Assembly: GCF_009914755.1 (NCBI RefSeq)
Contig: NC_060948.1
Source of the DNA: the human T2T-CHM13v2.0 reference genome, Homo sapiens
Reading direction: 5' to 3' (one strand)
Length of the DNA stretch: 64,000 nt
The first letter of the stretch is position 1; the number at the start of each line of letters is the position of its first letter. The notes under the pieces are model-generated. The model was given only the letters and a program-made list of their open reading frames with translations. It was not told where the DNA came from and ran no database searches. A program made the translations under genes and the position numbers. Shown in pieces: positions 38,001 through 51,900 of the stretch.

Positions 38001-41000
38001 CAGAATGGAATGAAATCAATGGAATATAATGAAATGGAATGGAATGGAATGGAAAGGAATTGAATGGAATAGATTGGATTGGAAGGGATTGGAATGCAAT
38101 GGAATGGAAAGGAATCGAATTTCATGAAACGGAATGGAATGAATTGGAAAGGAATGGACTCGAATGGAATGGAATGTCATGGAATGGCATCAAATGGAAT
38201 GGCATCAAATGGAATGGAATCGATTGCAATGGAATGTTATGGAATGGAATGGAATGTATTGGAATGGAATGTCCTCTAATGGAATGGATTCGAGTGGAAT
38301 GGAATCGAATATAATGGAGTCGAATGAAATGGAATTGAAAGGAATGGGATCAAATAGAATGGAATATACTGGAATGTAATGTAATGAAGTCGAATGTAAT
38401 TGACTGGAATGGAATGTACATGAATGGAATGCCATCGAATGGAATAGAATCTAATGCAATAAAACCGACTCAAATGGAATAGAATGTAATGGAATGGAGT
38501 GCAGTGCAATGGAATGGAATGCAATGGAATGGAATGGAATGGAATGGAATGGGATGGAATGGGATGGAATGGTATGGAACGGATAATAATGGTCTGGAGT
38601 GAAATGGACTGGAAAGGAATGGACTCAAATTGAAAGGGCTCGAAAGGAATGGGGTCAAATGTAATGGTCTGGAATGGAATGAACTCGAATGTAATGCAAT
38701 CCAATAGAATGGAATCGAATGGAATGGAATATAAATAAATGTAATCGAAGAGAATGGAAACAAATGGAATGGAATTGTATGGAATTGAATCGAATCGAAT
38801 CGAATGTAATTGAACGGAAAAAATGCAACTGAATAGAATCGAAAACAATGGATTCGACTGGCATCTAATAGAATGAAATGGAATGCGGTGAGGTGGAGTG
38901 GATTGTAATGGAGTTGAATGGAATGGGGTGTAATTGAATTGAATGGAGTGGAGTGGAGTGAACTGGAGTGGAATGGAATGGAATGGGCAGGCATGGAATT
39001 GAAAGGCGTGGAGTGGAGTGGAATTGAGAGGAGTGGAATGCAGTAGGGTGGATTGTAGTGGAGAGTATTCGAAAAGAGTGGAGTGGAACGGAATGGAATG
39101 GAGTGGAGTGGAATGGAATGGAATTGAGTGAAGTGGAGTGGAGTGGAATGGAGAGTAATGGAGTGGAGTGGACTTGATTGGAGTAGATAGCAGTGCATTG
39201 GACTGTACGGGATAGAAGGGGCTTGGAGTTCCATGGAGTGGAGTGGAATGGAATGGAATGGAGTGGAATGGATTGGAATGGACTGGAAAGGAATGGAATG
39301 GAATGGATTTAAATGGCAGGGAATCAAATCGAATTGAATCATATTGGAACAATTTGAATCGACTGGAGGAAAGAAATCGAATGAAATCGAATGGAATGAA
39401 TGGAAGAGAGTGCAATGTTATAGAATGGAATGGAGACAGATGGAATGGAATGGAACAGAGAGCAATGGTATAGAATGCAATGGAATCATATGCAATGGAA
39501 TTGAGTGGAATGGAATAATATGAAATGGAATGGAATGGAATGGAATGCCCTTGCATTAAATGGACTGGAATGGAATGGACTCGAACAGAGTGGAATGGAA
39601 AGCATTGAAATAGAATGGAATGGACTCCTTTGGAATGGTCTAGTATGGATGCAATCGACTGGCAGGGAATCAAAAGGAATGTAATCGAATAGATTGGACT
39701 GGAATACAATGGACTCGAATAGATTGGAAACGGAATGCAATGGAATGGAATGGAATAGTATGGAATGGGATGGAATGAAATGGAGTGGAATAGACTAGAG
39801 TGGAATGGAATGGACTCGAAAGCAATGGACTGGAATGGAACGGTCTTGAATGGACTGGAATCAAACGGAATGGAATGGAATGCAATGCAATCAAATGGAA
39901 TGGAATAAAATAGAATGAAAGAGAATGAAATGGAATTGAATCGAATGGAATCGAATGGATTGGAAAGGAATAGAATGGAATGGAATGGAATTGACTCAAA
40001 TGGAATGGACTAGAATGGAATGGAGTCGAATGGAAGGCAAAGGAATGGAATCTATTGGAATGGACTGTAACGGAATGGAATGGAAGGGATTGGAATGGAC
40101 TCGAATGGAATGAACTGCAATAGAAAGGATTCGAATGGAATGAAAAAGAATTGAATGGAATAGAAGAGAATGGAATCAAATCGAATGAAATGGAATGGAA
40201 TAGAAAGGAATGGAATGAAATGGAATGGAAAGGATTCGAATGGAATGCAATCGAATGGAATGGAATCGAACGGAATGGAATAAAATGGAGGCAAACTGGC
40301 AAGAAATGGAATCGAAATGAATGGAGTGTTATGGAACGGACTCCAAAGGAATTGAATGTAATAGAATGGAGTGGAGTGGACTCGAATATAATGGACTGGA
40401 ATGGAATGGAATCACATGGAATGGGAACGAATGGAATGGAATGGAAAGGAATGGAATCGAATGGAAGGGAATGAAATTGAATCAACAGGAATGGAAAGGA
40501 ATAGAATAGACTGTAATGGAATGGACTCGAATAGAAAGGACACGAATGCTCAAATTGAATGGACTCGAATGGAATGGAAACGAATGGAATGTCATCGAAT
40601 GGAATTGAATCGATTGGAATGGAATCGCATAGAATGGAGAGGAATGAAATGGAATTGAATCGAATGGAAAGGAACCGAATGGACTGAAATGAAATGGAAT
40701 GGAATTGAATGGAAAGTAATGCAATGCAATAGAATGGAACGAAATTTCACGGAGTGGAATGAAACAGAATGGAATCAAATCAATGGAATATAATGAAATG
40801 GAATGGAATGGAATGGAAAGGAATTGAATGGAATAGATTGGATTGGAAGGGATTGGAATGCAATGGAATGGAAAGGACTCGAATTTCATGAAACGGAATG
40901 GAATGAATTGGAATGGAATGGACTCGAATGGAATGGAATGTCATGGAATGGCATCAAATGGAATGGCATCAAATGGAATGGAATCGAATGCAATGGAATG

Positions 41001-44000
41001 TTATGGAATGGAATGGAATGTATTGGAATGGAATGTCCTCTAATGGAATGGATTCGAGTGGAATGGAATCGAATATAATGGAGTCGAATGAAATGGAATT
41101 GAAAGGACTGGGATCAAATAGAATGGAATATACTGGAATGTAATGTAATGAAGTCGAATGTAATTGACTGGAATGGAATGTACATGAATGGAATGCAATC
41201 GAATGGAATAGAATCTAATGCAATAAAACCGACTCAAATGGAATAGAATGTAATGGAATGGAGTGCAGTGCAATGGAATGGAATGGAATGGAATGGAATG
41301 GAATGGAATGGGATGGAATGGGATGGAATGGTATGGAACGGATAATAATGGTCTGGAGGAAATGGACTGGAAAGGAATGGACTCAAATTGAAAGGGCTCG
41401 AAAGGAATGGGGTCAAATGTAATGGTCTGGAATGGAATGAACTCGAATGTAATGCAATCCAATAGAATGGAATCGAATGGAATGGAATATAAAGAAATGG
41501 AATCGAAGAGAATGGAAACAAATGGAATGGAATTGTATGGAATTGAATCGAATCGAATCGAATGTAATTGAACGGAAAAAATGCAACTGAATAGAATCGA
41601 AAACAATGGATTCGACTGGCATCTGATAGAATGAAATGGAATGCGGTGAGGTGGAGTGGATTGTAATGGAGTTGAATGGAATGGGGTGTAATTGAATTGA
41701 ATGGAGTGGAGTGGAGTGAACTGGAGTGGAATGGAATGGAATGGGCAGGCATGGAATTGAAAGGCGTGGAGTGGAGTGGAATTGAGAGGAGTGGAATGCA
41801 GTAGGGTGGATTGTAGTGGAGAGTATTCGAAAAGAGTGGAGTGGAACGGAATGGAATGGAGTGGAGTGGAATGGAATGGAATTGAGTGAAGTGGAGTGGA
41901 GTGGAATGGAGAGTAATGGAGTGGAGTGGACTTGATTGGAGTAGATAGCAGTGCATTGGACTGTACGGGATAGAAGGGGCTTGGAGTTCCATGGAGTGGA
42001 GTGGAATGGAATGGAATGGAGTGGAATGGATTGGAATGGACTGGAAAGGAATGGAATGGAATGGATTTAAATGGCAGGGAATCAAATCGAATTGAATCAT
42101 ATTGGAACAATTTGAATCGACTGGAGGAAAGAAATCGAATGAAATCGAATGGAATGAATGGAAGAGAGTGCAATGTTATAGAATGGAATGGAGACAGATG
42201 GAATGGAATGGAACAGAGAGCAATGGTATAGAATGCAATGGAATCATATGAAATGGAATTGAGTGGAATGGAATAATATGAAATGGAATGGAATGGAATG
42301 GAATGCCCTTGCATTAAATGGACTGGAATGGAATGGACTCGAACAGAGTGGAATGGAAAGCATTGAAATAGAATGGAATGGACTCCTTTGGAATGGTCTA
42401 GTATGGATGCAATCGACTGGCAGGGAATCAAAAGGAATGTAATCGAATAGATTGGACTGGAATACAATGGACTCGAATAGATTGGAAACGGAATGCAATG
42501 GAATGGAATGGAATAGTATGGAATGGGATGGAATGAAATGGAGTGGAATAGACTAGAGTGGAATGGAATGGACTCGAAAGCAATGGACTGGAATGGAACG
42601 GTCTTGAATGGACTGGAATCAAACGGAATGGAATGGAATGCAATGCAATCAAATGGAATGGAATAAAATAGAATGAAAGAGAATGAAATGGAATTGAATC
42701 GAATGGAATCGAATGGATTGGAAAGGAATAGAATGGAATGGAATGGAATTGACTCAAATGGAATGGACTAGAATGGAATGGAGTCGAATGGAAGGCAAAG
42801 GAATGGAATCTATTGGAATGGACTGTAACGGAATGGAATGGAAGGGATTGGAATGGACTCGAATGGAATGAACTGCAATAGAAAGGATTCGAATGGAATG
42901 AAAAAGAATTGAATGGAATAGAAGAGAATGGAATCAAATCGAATGAAATGGAATGGAATAGAAAGGAATGGAATGAAATGGAATGGAAAGGATTCGAATG
43001 GAATGCAATCGAATGGAATGGAATCGAACGGAATGGAATAAAATGGAGGCAAACTGGCAAGAAATGGAATCGAAATGAATGGAGTGTTATGGAACGGACT
43101 CCAAAGGAATTGAATGTAATAGAATGGAGTGGAGTGGACTCGAATATAATGGACTGGAATGGAATGGAATCACATGGAATGGGAACGAATGGAATGGAAT
43201 GGAAAGGAATGGAATCGAATGGAAGGGAATGAAATTGAATCAACAGGAATGGAAGGGAATAGAATAGACTGTAATGGAATGGACTCGAATAGAAAGGACA
43301 CGAATGCTCAAATTGAATGGACTCGAATGGAATGGAAACGAATGGAATGTCATCGAATGGAATTGAATCGATTGGAATGGAATCGCATAGAATGGAGAGG
43401 AATGAAATGGAATTGAATCGAATGGAAAGGAACCGAATGGACTGAAATGAAATGGAATGTAATTGAATGGAAAGTAATGCAATGCAATAGAATGGAACGA
43501 AATTTCACGGAATGGAATGAAACAGAATGGAATCAAATCAATGGAATATAATGAAATGGAATGGAATGGAATGGAAAGGAATTGAATGGAATAGATTGGA
43601 TTGGAAGGGATTGGAATGCAATGGAATGGAAAGGACTCGAATTTCATGAAACGGAATGGAATGAATTGGAATGGAATGGACTCGAATGGAATGGAATGTC
43701 ATGGAATGGCATCAAATGGAATGGCATCAAATGGAATGGAATCGAATGCAATGGAATGTTATGGAATGGAATGGAATGTATTGGAATGGAATGTCCTCTA
43801 ATGGAATGGATTCGAGTGGAATGGAATCGAATATAATGGAGTCGAATGAAATGGAATTGAAAGGACTGGGATCAAATAGAATGGAATATACTGGAATGTA
43901 ATGTAATGAAGTCGAATGTAATTGACTGGAATGGAATGTACATGAATGGAATGCAATCGAATGGAATAGAATCTAATGCAATAAAACCGACTCAAATGGA

Positions 44001-45953
44001 ATAGAATGTAATGGAATGGAGTGCAGTGCAATGGAATGGAATGGAATGGAATGGAATGGAATGGAATGGGATGGAATGGGATGGAATGGTATGGAACGGA
44101 TAATAATGGTCTGGAGGAAATGGACTGGAAAGGAATGGACTCAAATTGAAAGGGATCGAAAGGAATGGGGTCAAATGTAATGGTCTGGAATGGAATGAAC
44201 TCGAATGTAATGCAATCCAATAGAATGGAATCGAATGGAATGGAATATAAAGAAATGGAATCGAAGAGAATGGAAACAAATGGAATGGAATTGTATGGAA
44301 TTGAATCGAATCGAATCGAATGTAATTGAACGGAAAAAATGCAACTGAATAGAATCGAAAACAATGGATTCGACTGGCATCTAATAGAATGAAATGGAAT
44401 GCGGTGAGATGGAGTGGATTGTAATGGAGTTGAATGGAATGGGGTGTAATTGAATTGAATGGAGTGGAGTGGAGTGAACTGGAGTGGAATGGAATGGAAT
44501 GGGCAGGCATGGAATTGAAAGGCGTGGAGTGGAGTGGAATTGAGAGGAGTGGAATGCAGTAGGGTGGATTGTATTGGAGAGTATTCGAAAAGAGTGGAGT
44601 GGAACGGAATGGAATGGAGTGGAGTGGAATGGAATGGAATTGAGTGAAGTGGAGTGGAGTGGAATGGAGAGTAATGGAGTGGAGTGGACTTGATTGGAGT
44701 AGATAGCAGTGTATTGGACTGTACGGGATAGAAGGGGCTTGGAGTTCCATGGAGTGGAGTGGAATGGAATGGAATGGAGTGGAATGGATTGGAATGGACT
44801 GGAAAGGAATGGAATGGAATGGATTTAAATGGCAGGGAATCAAATCGAATTGAATCATATTGGAACAATTTGAATCGACTGGAGGAAAGAAATCGAATGA
44901 AATCGAATGGAATGAATGGAAGAGAGTGCAATGTTATAGAATGGAATGGAGACAGATGGAATGGAATGGAACAGAGAGCAATGGTATAGAATGCAATGGA
45001 ATCATATGAAATGGAATTGAGTGGAATGGAATAATATGAAATGGAATGGAATGGAATGGAATGCCCTTGCATTAAATGGACTGGAATGGAATGGACTCGA
45101 ACAGAGTGGAATGGAAAGCATTGAAATAGAATGGAATGGACTCCTTTGGAATGGTCTAGTATGGATGCAATCGACTGGCAGGGAATCAAAAGGAATGTAA
45201 TCGAATAGATTGGACTGGAATACAATGGACTCGAATAGATTGGAAACGGAATACAATGGAATGGAATGGAATAGTTTGGAATGGGATGGAATGAAATGGA
45301 GTGGAATAGACTAGAGTGGAATGGAATGGACTCGAAAGCAATGGACTGGAATGGAACGGTCTTGAATGGACTGGAATCAAACGGAATGGAATGGAATGCA
45401 ATGCAATCAAATGGAATGGAATAAAATAGAATGAAAGAGAATGAAATGGAATTGAATCGAATGGAATCGAATGGATTGGAAAGGAATAGAATGGAATGGA
45501 ATGGAATTGACTCAAATGGAATGGACTAGAATGGAATGGAGTCGAATGGAAGGCAAAGGAATGGAATCTATTGGAATGGACTGTAACGGAATGGAATGGA
45601 AGGGATTGGAATGAACTCGAATGGAATGAACTGCAATAGAAAGGATTCGAATGGAATGAAAAAGAATTGAATGGAATAGAAGAGAATGGAATCAAATCGA
45701 ATGAAATGGAATGGAATAGAAAGGAATGGAATGAAATGGAATGGAAAGGATTCGAATGGAATGCAATCGAATGGAATGGAATCGAACGGAATGGAATAAA
45801 ATGGAGGCAAACTGGCAAGAAATGGAATCGAAATGAATGGAGTGTTATGGAACGGACTCCAAAGGAATTGAATGTAATAGAATGGAGTGGAGTGGACTCG
45901 AATATAATGGACTGGAATGGAATGGAATCACATGGAATGGGAACGAATGGAAC
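35068..45953 (+). repeat. Near-identical block, copy 2 (minimum extent)
   Basis: Carries the same diagnostic variants as 21261-32146, shifted by 13,807 bp (e.g. ggaacggaat C at 32146 and 45953; ggaatgtaattg T at 29653 and 43460). Confidence 0.9.
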
Positions 45954-48900
45954 GGAATGGAAAGGAATGGAATCGAATGGAAGGGAATGAAATTGAATCA
46001 ACAGGAATGGAAGGGAATAGAATAGACTGTAATGGAATGGACTCGAATAGAAAGGACACGAATGCTCAAATTGAATGGACTCGAATGGAATGGAAACGAA
46101 TGGAATGTCATCGAATGGAATTGAATCGATTGGAATGGAATCGCATAGAATGGAGAGGAATGAAATGGAATTGAATCGAATGGAAAGGAACCGAATGGAC
46201 TGAAATGAAATGGAATGGAATTGAATGGAAAGTAATGCAATGCAATAGAATGGAACGAAATTTCACGGAATGGAATGAAACAGAATGGAATCAAATCAAT
46301 GGAATATAATGAAATGGAATGGAATGGAATGGAAAGGAATTGAATGGAATAGATTGGATTGGAAGGGATTGGAATGCAATGGAATGGAAAGGACTCGAAT
46401 TTCATGAAACGGAATGGAATGAATTGGAATGGAATGGACTCGAATGGAATGGAATGTCATGGAATGGCATCAAATGGAATGGCATCAAATGGAATGGAAT
46501 CGAATGCAATGGAATGTTATGGAATGGAATGGAATGTATTGGAATGGAATGTCCTCTAATGGAATGGATTCGAGTGGAATGGAATCGAATATAATGGAGT
46601 CGAATGAAATGGAATTGAAAGGACTGGGATCAAATAGAATGGAATATACTGGAATGTAATGTAATGAAGTCGAATGTAATTGACTGGAATGGAATGTACA
46701 TGAATGGAATGCAATCGAATGGAATAGAATCTAATGCAATAAAACCGACTCAAATGGAATAGAATGTAATGGAATGGAGTGCAGTGCAATGGAATGGAAT
46801 GGAATGGAATGGAATGGAATGGAATGGGATGGAATGGGATGGAATGGTATGGAACGGATAATAATGGTCTGGAGGAAATGGACTGGAAAGGAATGGACTC
46901 AAATTGAAAGGGCTCGAAAGGAATGGGGTCAAATGTAATGGTCTGGAATGGAATGAACTCGAATGTAATGCAATCCAATAGAATGGAATCGAATGGAATG
47001 GAATATAAATAAATGGAATCGAAGAGAATGGAAACAAATGGAATGGAATTGTATGGAATTGAATCGAATCGAATCGAATGTAATTGAACGGAAAAAATGC
47101 AACTGAATAGAATCGAAAACAATGGATTCGACTGGCATCTAATAGAATGAAATGGAATGCGGTGAGATGGAGTGGATTGTAATGGAGTTGAATGGAATGG
47201 GGTGTAATTGAATTGAATGGAGTGGAGTGGAGTGAACTGGAGTGGAATGGAATGGAATGGGCAGGCATGGAATTGAAAGGCGTGGAGTGGAGTGGAATTG
47301 AGAGGAGTGGAATGCAGTAGGGTGGATTGTAGTGGAGAGTATTCGAAAAGAGTGGAGTGGAACGGAATGGAATGGAGTGGAGTGGAATGGAATGGAATTG
47401 AGTGAAGTGGAGTGGAGTGGAATGGAGAGTAATGGAGTGGAGTGGACTTGATTGGAGTAGATAGCAGTGCATTGGACTGTACGGGATAGAAGGGGCTTGG
47501 ATTTCCATGGAGTGGAGTGGAATGGAATGGAATGGAGTGGAATGGATTGGAATGGACTGGAAAGGAATGGAATGGAATGGATTTAAATGGCAGGGAATCA
47601 AATCGAATTGAATCATATTGGAACAATTTGAATCGACTGGAGGAAAGAAATCGAATGAAATCGAATGGAATGAATGGAAGAGAGTGCAATGTTATAGAAT
47701 GGAATGGAGACAGATGGAATGGAATGGAACAGAGAGCAATGGTATAGAATGCAATGGAATCATATGAAATGGAATTGAGTGGAATGGAATAATATGAAAT
47801 GGAATGGAATGGAATGGAATGCCCTTGCATTAAATGGACTGGAATGGAATGGACTCGAACAGAGTGGAATGGAAAGCATTGAAATAGAATGGAATGGACT
47901 CCTTTGGAATGGTCTAGTATGGATGCAATCGACTGGCAGGGAATCAAAAGGAATGTAATCGAATAGATTGGACTGGAATACAATGGACTCGAATAGATTG
48001 GAAACGGAATGCAATGGAATGGAATGGAATAGTATGGAATGGGATGGAATGAAATGGAGTGGAATAGACTAGAGTGGAATGGAATGGACTCGAAAGCAAT
48101 GGACTGGAATGGAACGGTCTTGAATGGACTGGAATCAAACGGAATGGAATGGAATGCAATGCAATCAAATGGAATGGAATAAAATAGAATGAAAGAGAAT
48201 GAAATGGAATTGAATCGAATGGAATCGAATGGATTGGAAAGGAATAGAATGGAATGGAATGGAATTGACTCAAATGGAATGGACTAGAATGGAATGGAGT
48301 CGAATGGAAGGCAAAGGAATGGAATCTATTGGAATGGACTGTAACGGAATGGAATGGAAGGGATTGGAATGGACTCGAATGGAATGAACTGCAATAGAAA
48401 GGATTCGAATGGAATGAAAAAGAATTGAATGGAATAGAAGAGAATGGAATCAAATCGAATGAAATGGAATGGAATAGAAAGGAATGGAATGAAATGGAAT
48501 GGAAAGGATTCGAATGGAATGCAATCGAATGGAATGGAATCGAACGGAATGGAATAAAATGGAGGCAAACTGGCAAGAAATGGAATCGAAATGAATGGAG
48601 TGTTATGGAACGGACTCCAAAGGAATTGAATGTAATAGAATGGAGTGGAGTGGACTCGAATATAATGGACTGGAATGGAATGGAATCACATGGAATGGGA
48701 ACGAATGGAATGGAATGGAAAGGAATGGAATCGAATGGAAGGGAATGAAATTGAATCAACAGGAATGGAAGGGAATAGAATAGACTGTAATGGAATGGAC
48801 TCGAATAGAAAGGACACGAATGCTCAAATTGAATGGACTCGAATGGAATGGAAACGAATGGAATGTCATCGAATGGAATTGAATCGATTGGAATGGAATC

Positions 48901-51900
48901 GCATAGAATGGAGAGGAATGAAATGGAATTGAATCGAATGGAAAGGAACCGAATGGACTGAAATGAAATGGAATGTAATTGAATGGAAAGTAATGCAATG
49001 CAATAGAATGGAACGAAATTTCACGGAATGGAATGAAACAGAATGGAATCAAATCAATGGAATATAATGAAATGGAATGGAATGGAATGGAAAGGAATTG
49101 AATGGAATAGATTGGATTGGAAGGGATTGGAATGCAATGGAATGGAAAGGACTCGAATTTCATGAAACGGAATGGAATGAATTGGAATGGAATGGACTCG
49201 AATGGAATGGAATGTCATGGAATGGCATCAAATGGAATGGCATCAAATGGAATGGAATCGAATGCAATGGAATGTTATGGAATGGAATGGAATGTATTGG
49301 AATGGAATGTCCTCTAATGGAATGGATTCGAGTGGAATGGAATCGAATATAATGGAGTCGAATGAAATGGAATTGAAAGGACTGGGATCAAATAGAATGG
49401 AATATACTGGAATGTAATGTAATGAAGTCGAATGTAATTGACTGGAATGGAATGTACATGAATGGAATGCAATCGAATGGAATAGAATCTAATGCAATAA
49501 AACCGACTCAAATGGAATAGAATGTAATGGAATGGAGTGCAGTGCAATGGAATGGAATGGAATGGAATGGAATGGAATGGAATGGGATGGAATGGGATGG
49601 AATGGTATGGAACGGATAATAATGGTCTGGAGGAAATGGACTGGAAAGGAATGGACTCAAATTGAAAGGGCTCGAAAGGAATGGGGTCAAATGTAATGGT
49701 CTGGAATGGAATGAACTCGAATGTAATGCAATCCAATAGAATGGAATCGAATGGAATGGAATATAAATAAATGGAATCGAAGAGAATGGAAACAAATGGA
49801 ATGGAATTGTATGGAATTGAATCGAATCGAATCGAATGTAATTGAACGGAAAAAGTGCAACTGAATAGAATCGAAAACAATGGATTCGACTGGCATCTAA
49901 TAGAATGAAATGGAATGCGGTGAGGTGGAGTGGATTGTAATGGAGTTGAATGGAATGGGGTGTAATTGAATTGAATGGAGTGGAGTGGAGTGAACTGGAG
50001 TGGAATGGAATGGAATGGGCAGGCATGGAATTGAAAGGCGTGGAGTGGAGTGGAATTGAGAGGAGTGGAATGCAGTAGGGTGGATTGTATTGGAGAGTAT
50101 TCGAAAAGAGTGGAGTGGAACGGAATGGAATGGAGTGGAGTGGAATGGAATGGAATTGAGTGAAGTGGAGTGGAGTGGAATGGAGAGTAATGGAGTGGAG
50201 TGGACTTGATTGGAGTAGATAGCAGTGTATTGGACTGTACGGGATAGAAGGGGCTTGGAGTTCCATGGAGTGGAGTGGAATGGAATGGAATGGAGTGGAA
50301 TGGATTGGAATGGACTGGAAAGGAATGGAATGGAATGGATTTAAATGGCAGGGAATCAAATCGAATTGAATCATATTGGAACAATTTGAATCGACTGGAG
50401 GAAAGAAATCGAATGAAATCGAATGGAATGAATGGAAGAGAGTGCAATGTTATAGAATGGAATGGAGACAGATGGAATGGAATGGAACAGAGAGCAATGG
50501 TATAGAATGCAATGGAATCATATGAAATGGAATTGAGTGGAATGGAATAATATGAAATGGAATGGAATGGAATGGAATGCCCTTGCATTAAATGGACTGG
50601 AATGGAATGGACTCGAACAGAGTGGAATGGAAAGCATTGAAATAGAATGGAATGGACTCCTTTGGAATGGTCTAGTATGGATGCAATCGACTGGCAGGGA
50701 ATCAAAAGGAATGTAATCGAATAGATTGGACTGGAATACAATGGACTCGAATAGATTGGAAACGGAATGCAATGGAATGGAATGGAATAGTATGGAATGG
50801 GATGGAATGAAATGGAGTGGAATAGACTAGAGTGGAATGGAATGGACTCGAAAGCAATGGACTGGAATGGAACGGTCTTGAATGGACTGGAATCAAACGG
50901 AATGGAATGGAATGCAATGCAATCAAATGGAATGGAATAAAATAGAATGAAAGAGAATGAAATGGAATTGAATCGAATGGAATCGAATGGATTGGAAAGG
51001 AATAGAATGGAATGGAATGGAATTGACTCAAATGGAATGGACTAGAATGGAATGGAGTCGAATGGAAGGCAAAGGAATGGAATCTATTGGAATGGACTGT
51101 AACGGAATGGAATGGAAGGGATTGGAATGGACTCGAATGGAATGAACTGCAATAGAAAGGATTCGAATGGAATGAAAAAGAATTGAATGGAATAGAAGAG
51201 AATGGAATCAAATCGAATGAAATGGAATGGAATAGAAAGGAATGGAATGAAATGGAATGGAAAGGATTCGAATGGAATGCAATCGAATGGAATGGAATCG
51301 AACGGAATGGAATAAAATGGAGGCAAACTGGCAAGACATGGAATCGAAATGAATGGAGTGTTATGGAACGGACTCCAAAGGAATTGAATGTAATAGAATG
51401 GAGTGGAGTGGACTCGAATATAATGGACTGGAATGGAATGGAATCACATGGAATGGGAACGAATGGAATGGAATGGAAAGGAATGGAATCGAATGGAAGG
51501 GAATGAAATTGAATCAACAGGAATGGAAGGGAATAGAATAGACTGTAATGGAATGGACTCGAATAGAAAGGACACGAATGCTCAAATTGAATGGACTCGA
51601 ATGGAATGGAAACGAATGGAATGTCATCGAATGGAATTGAATCGATTGGAATGGAATCGCATAGAATGGAGAGGAATGAAATGGAATTGAATCGAATGGA
51701 AAGGAACCGAATGGACTGAAATGAAATGGAATGGAATTGAATGCAAAGTAATGCAATGCAATAGAATGGAACGAAATTTCACGGAATGGAATGAAACAGA
51801 ATGGAATCAAATCAATGGAATATAATGAAATGGAATGGAATGGAATGGAAAGGAATTGAATGGAATAGATTGGATTGGAAGGGATTGGAATGCAATGGAA

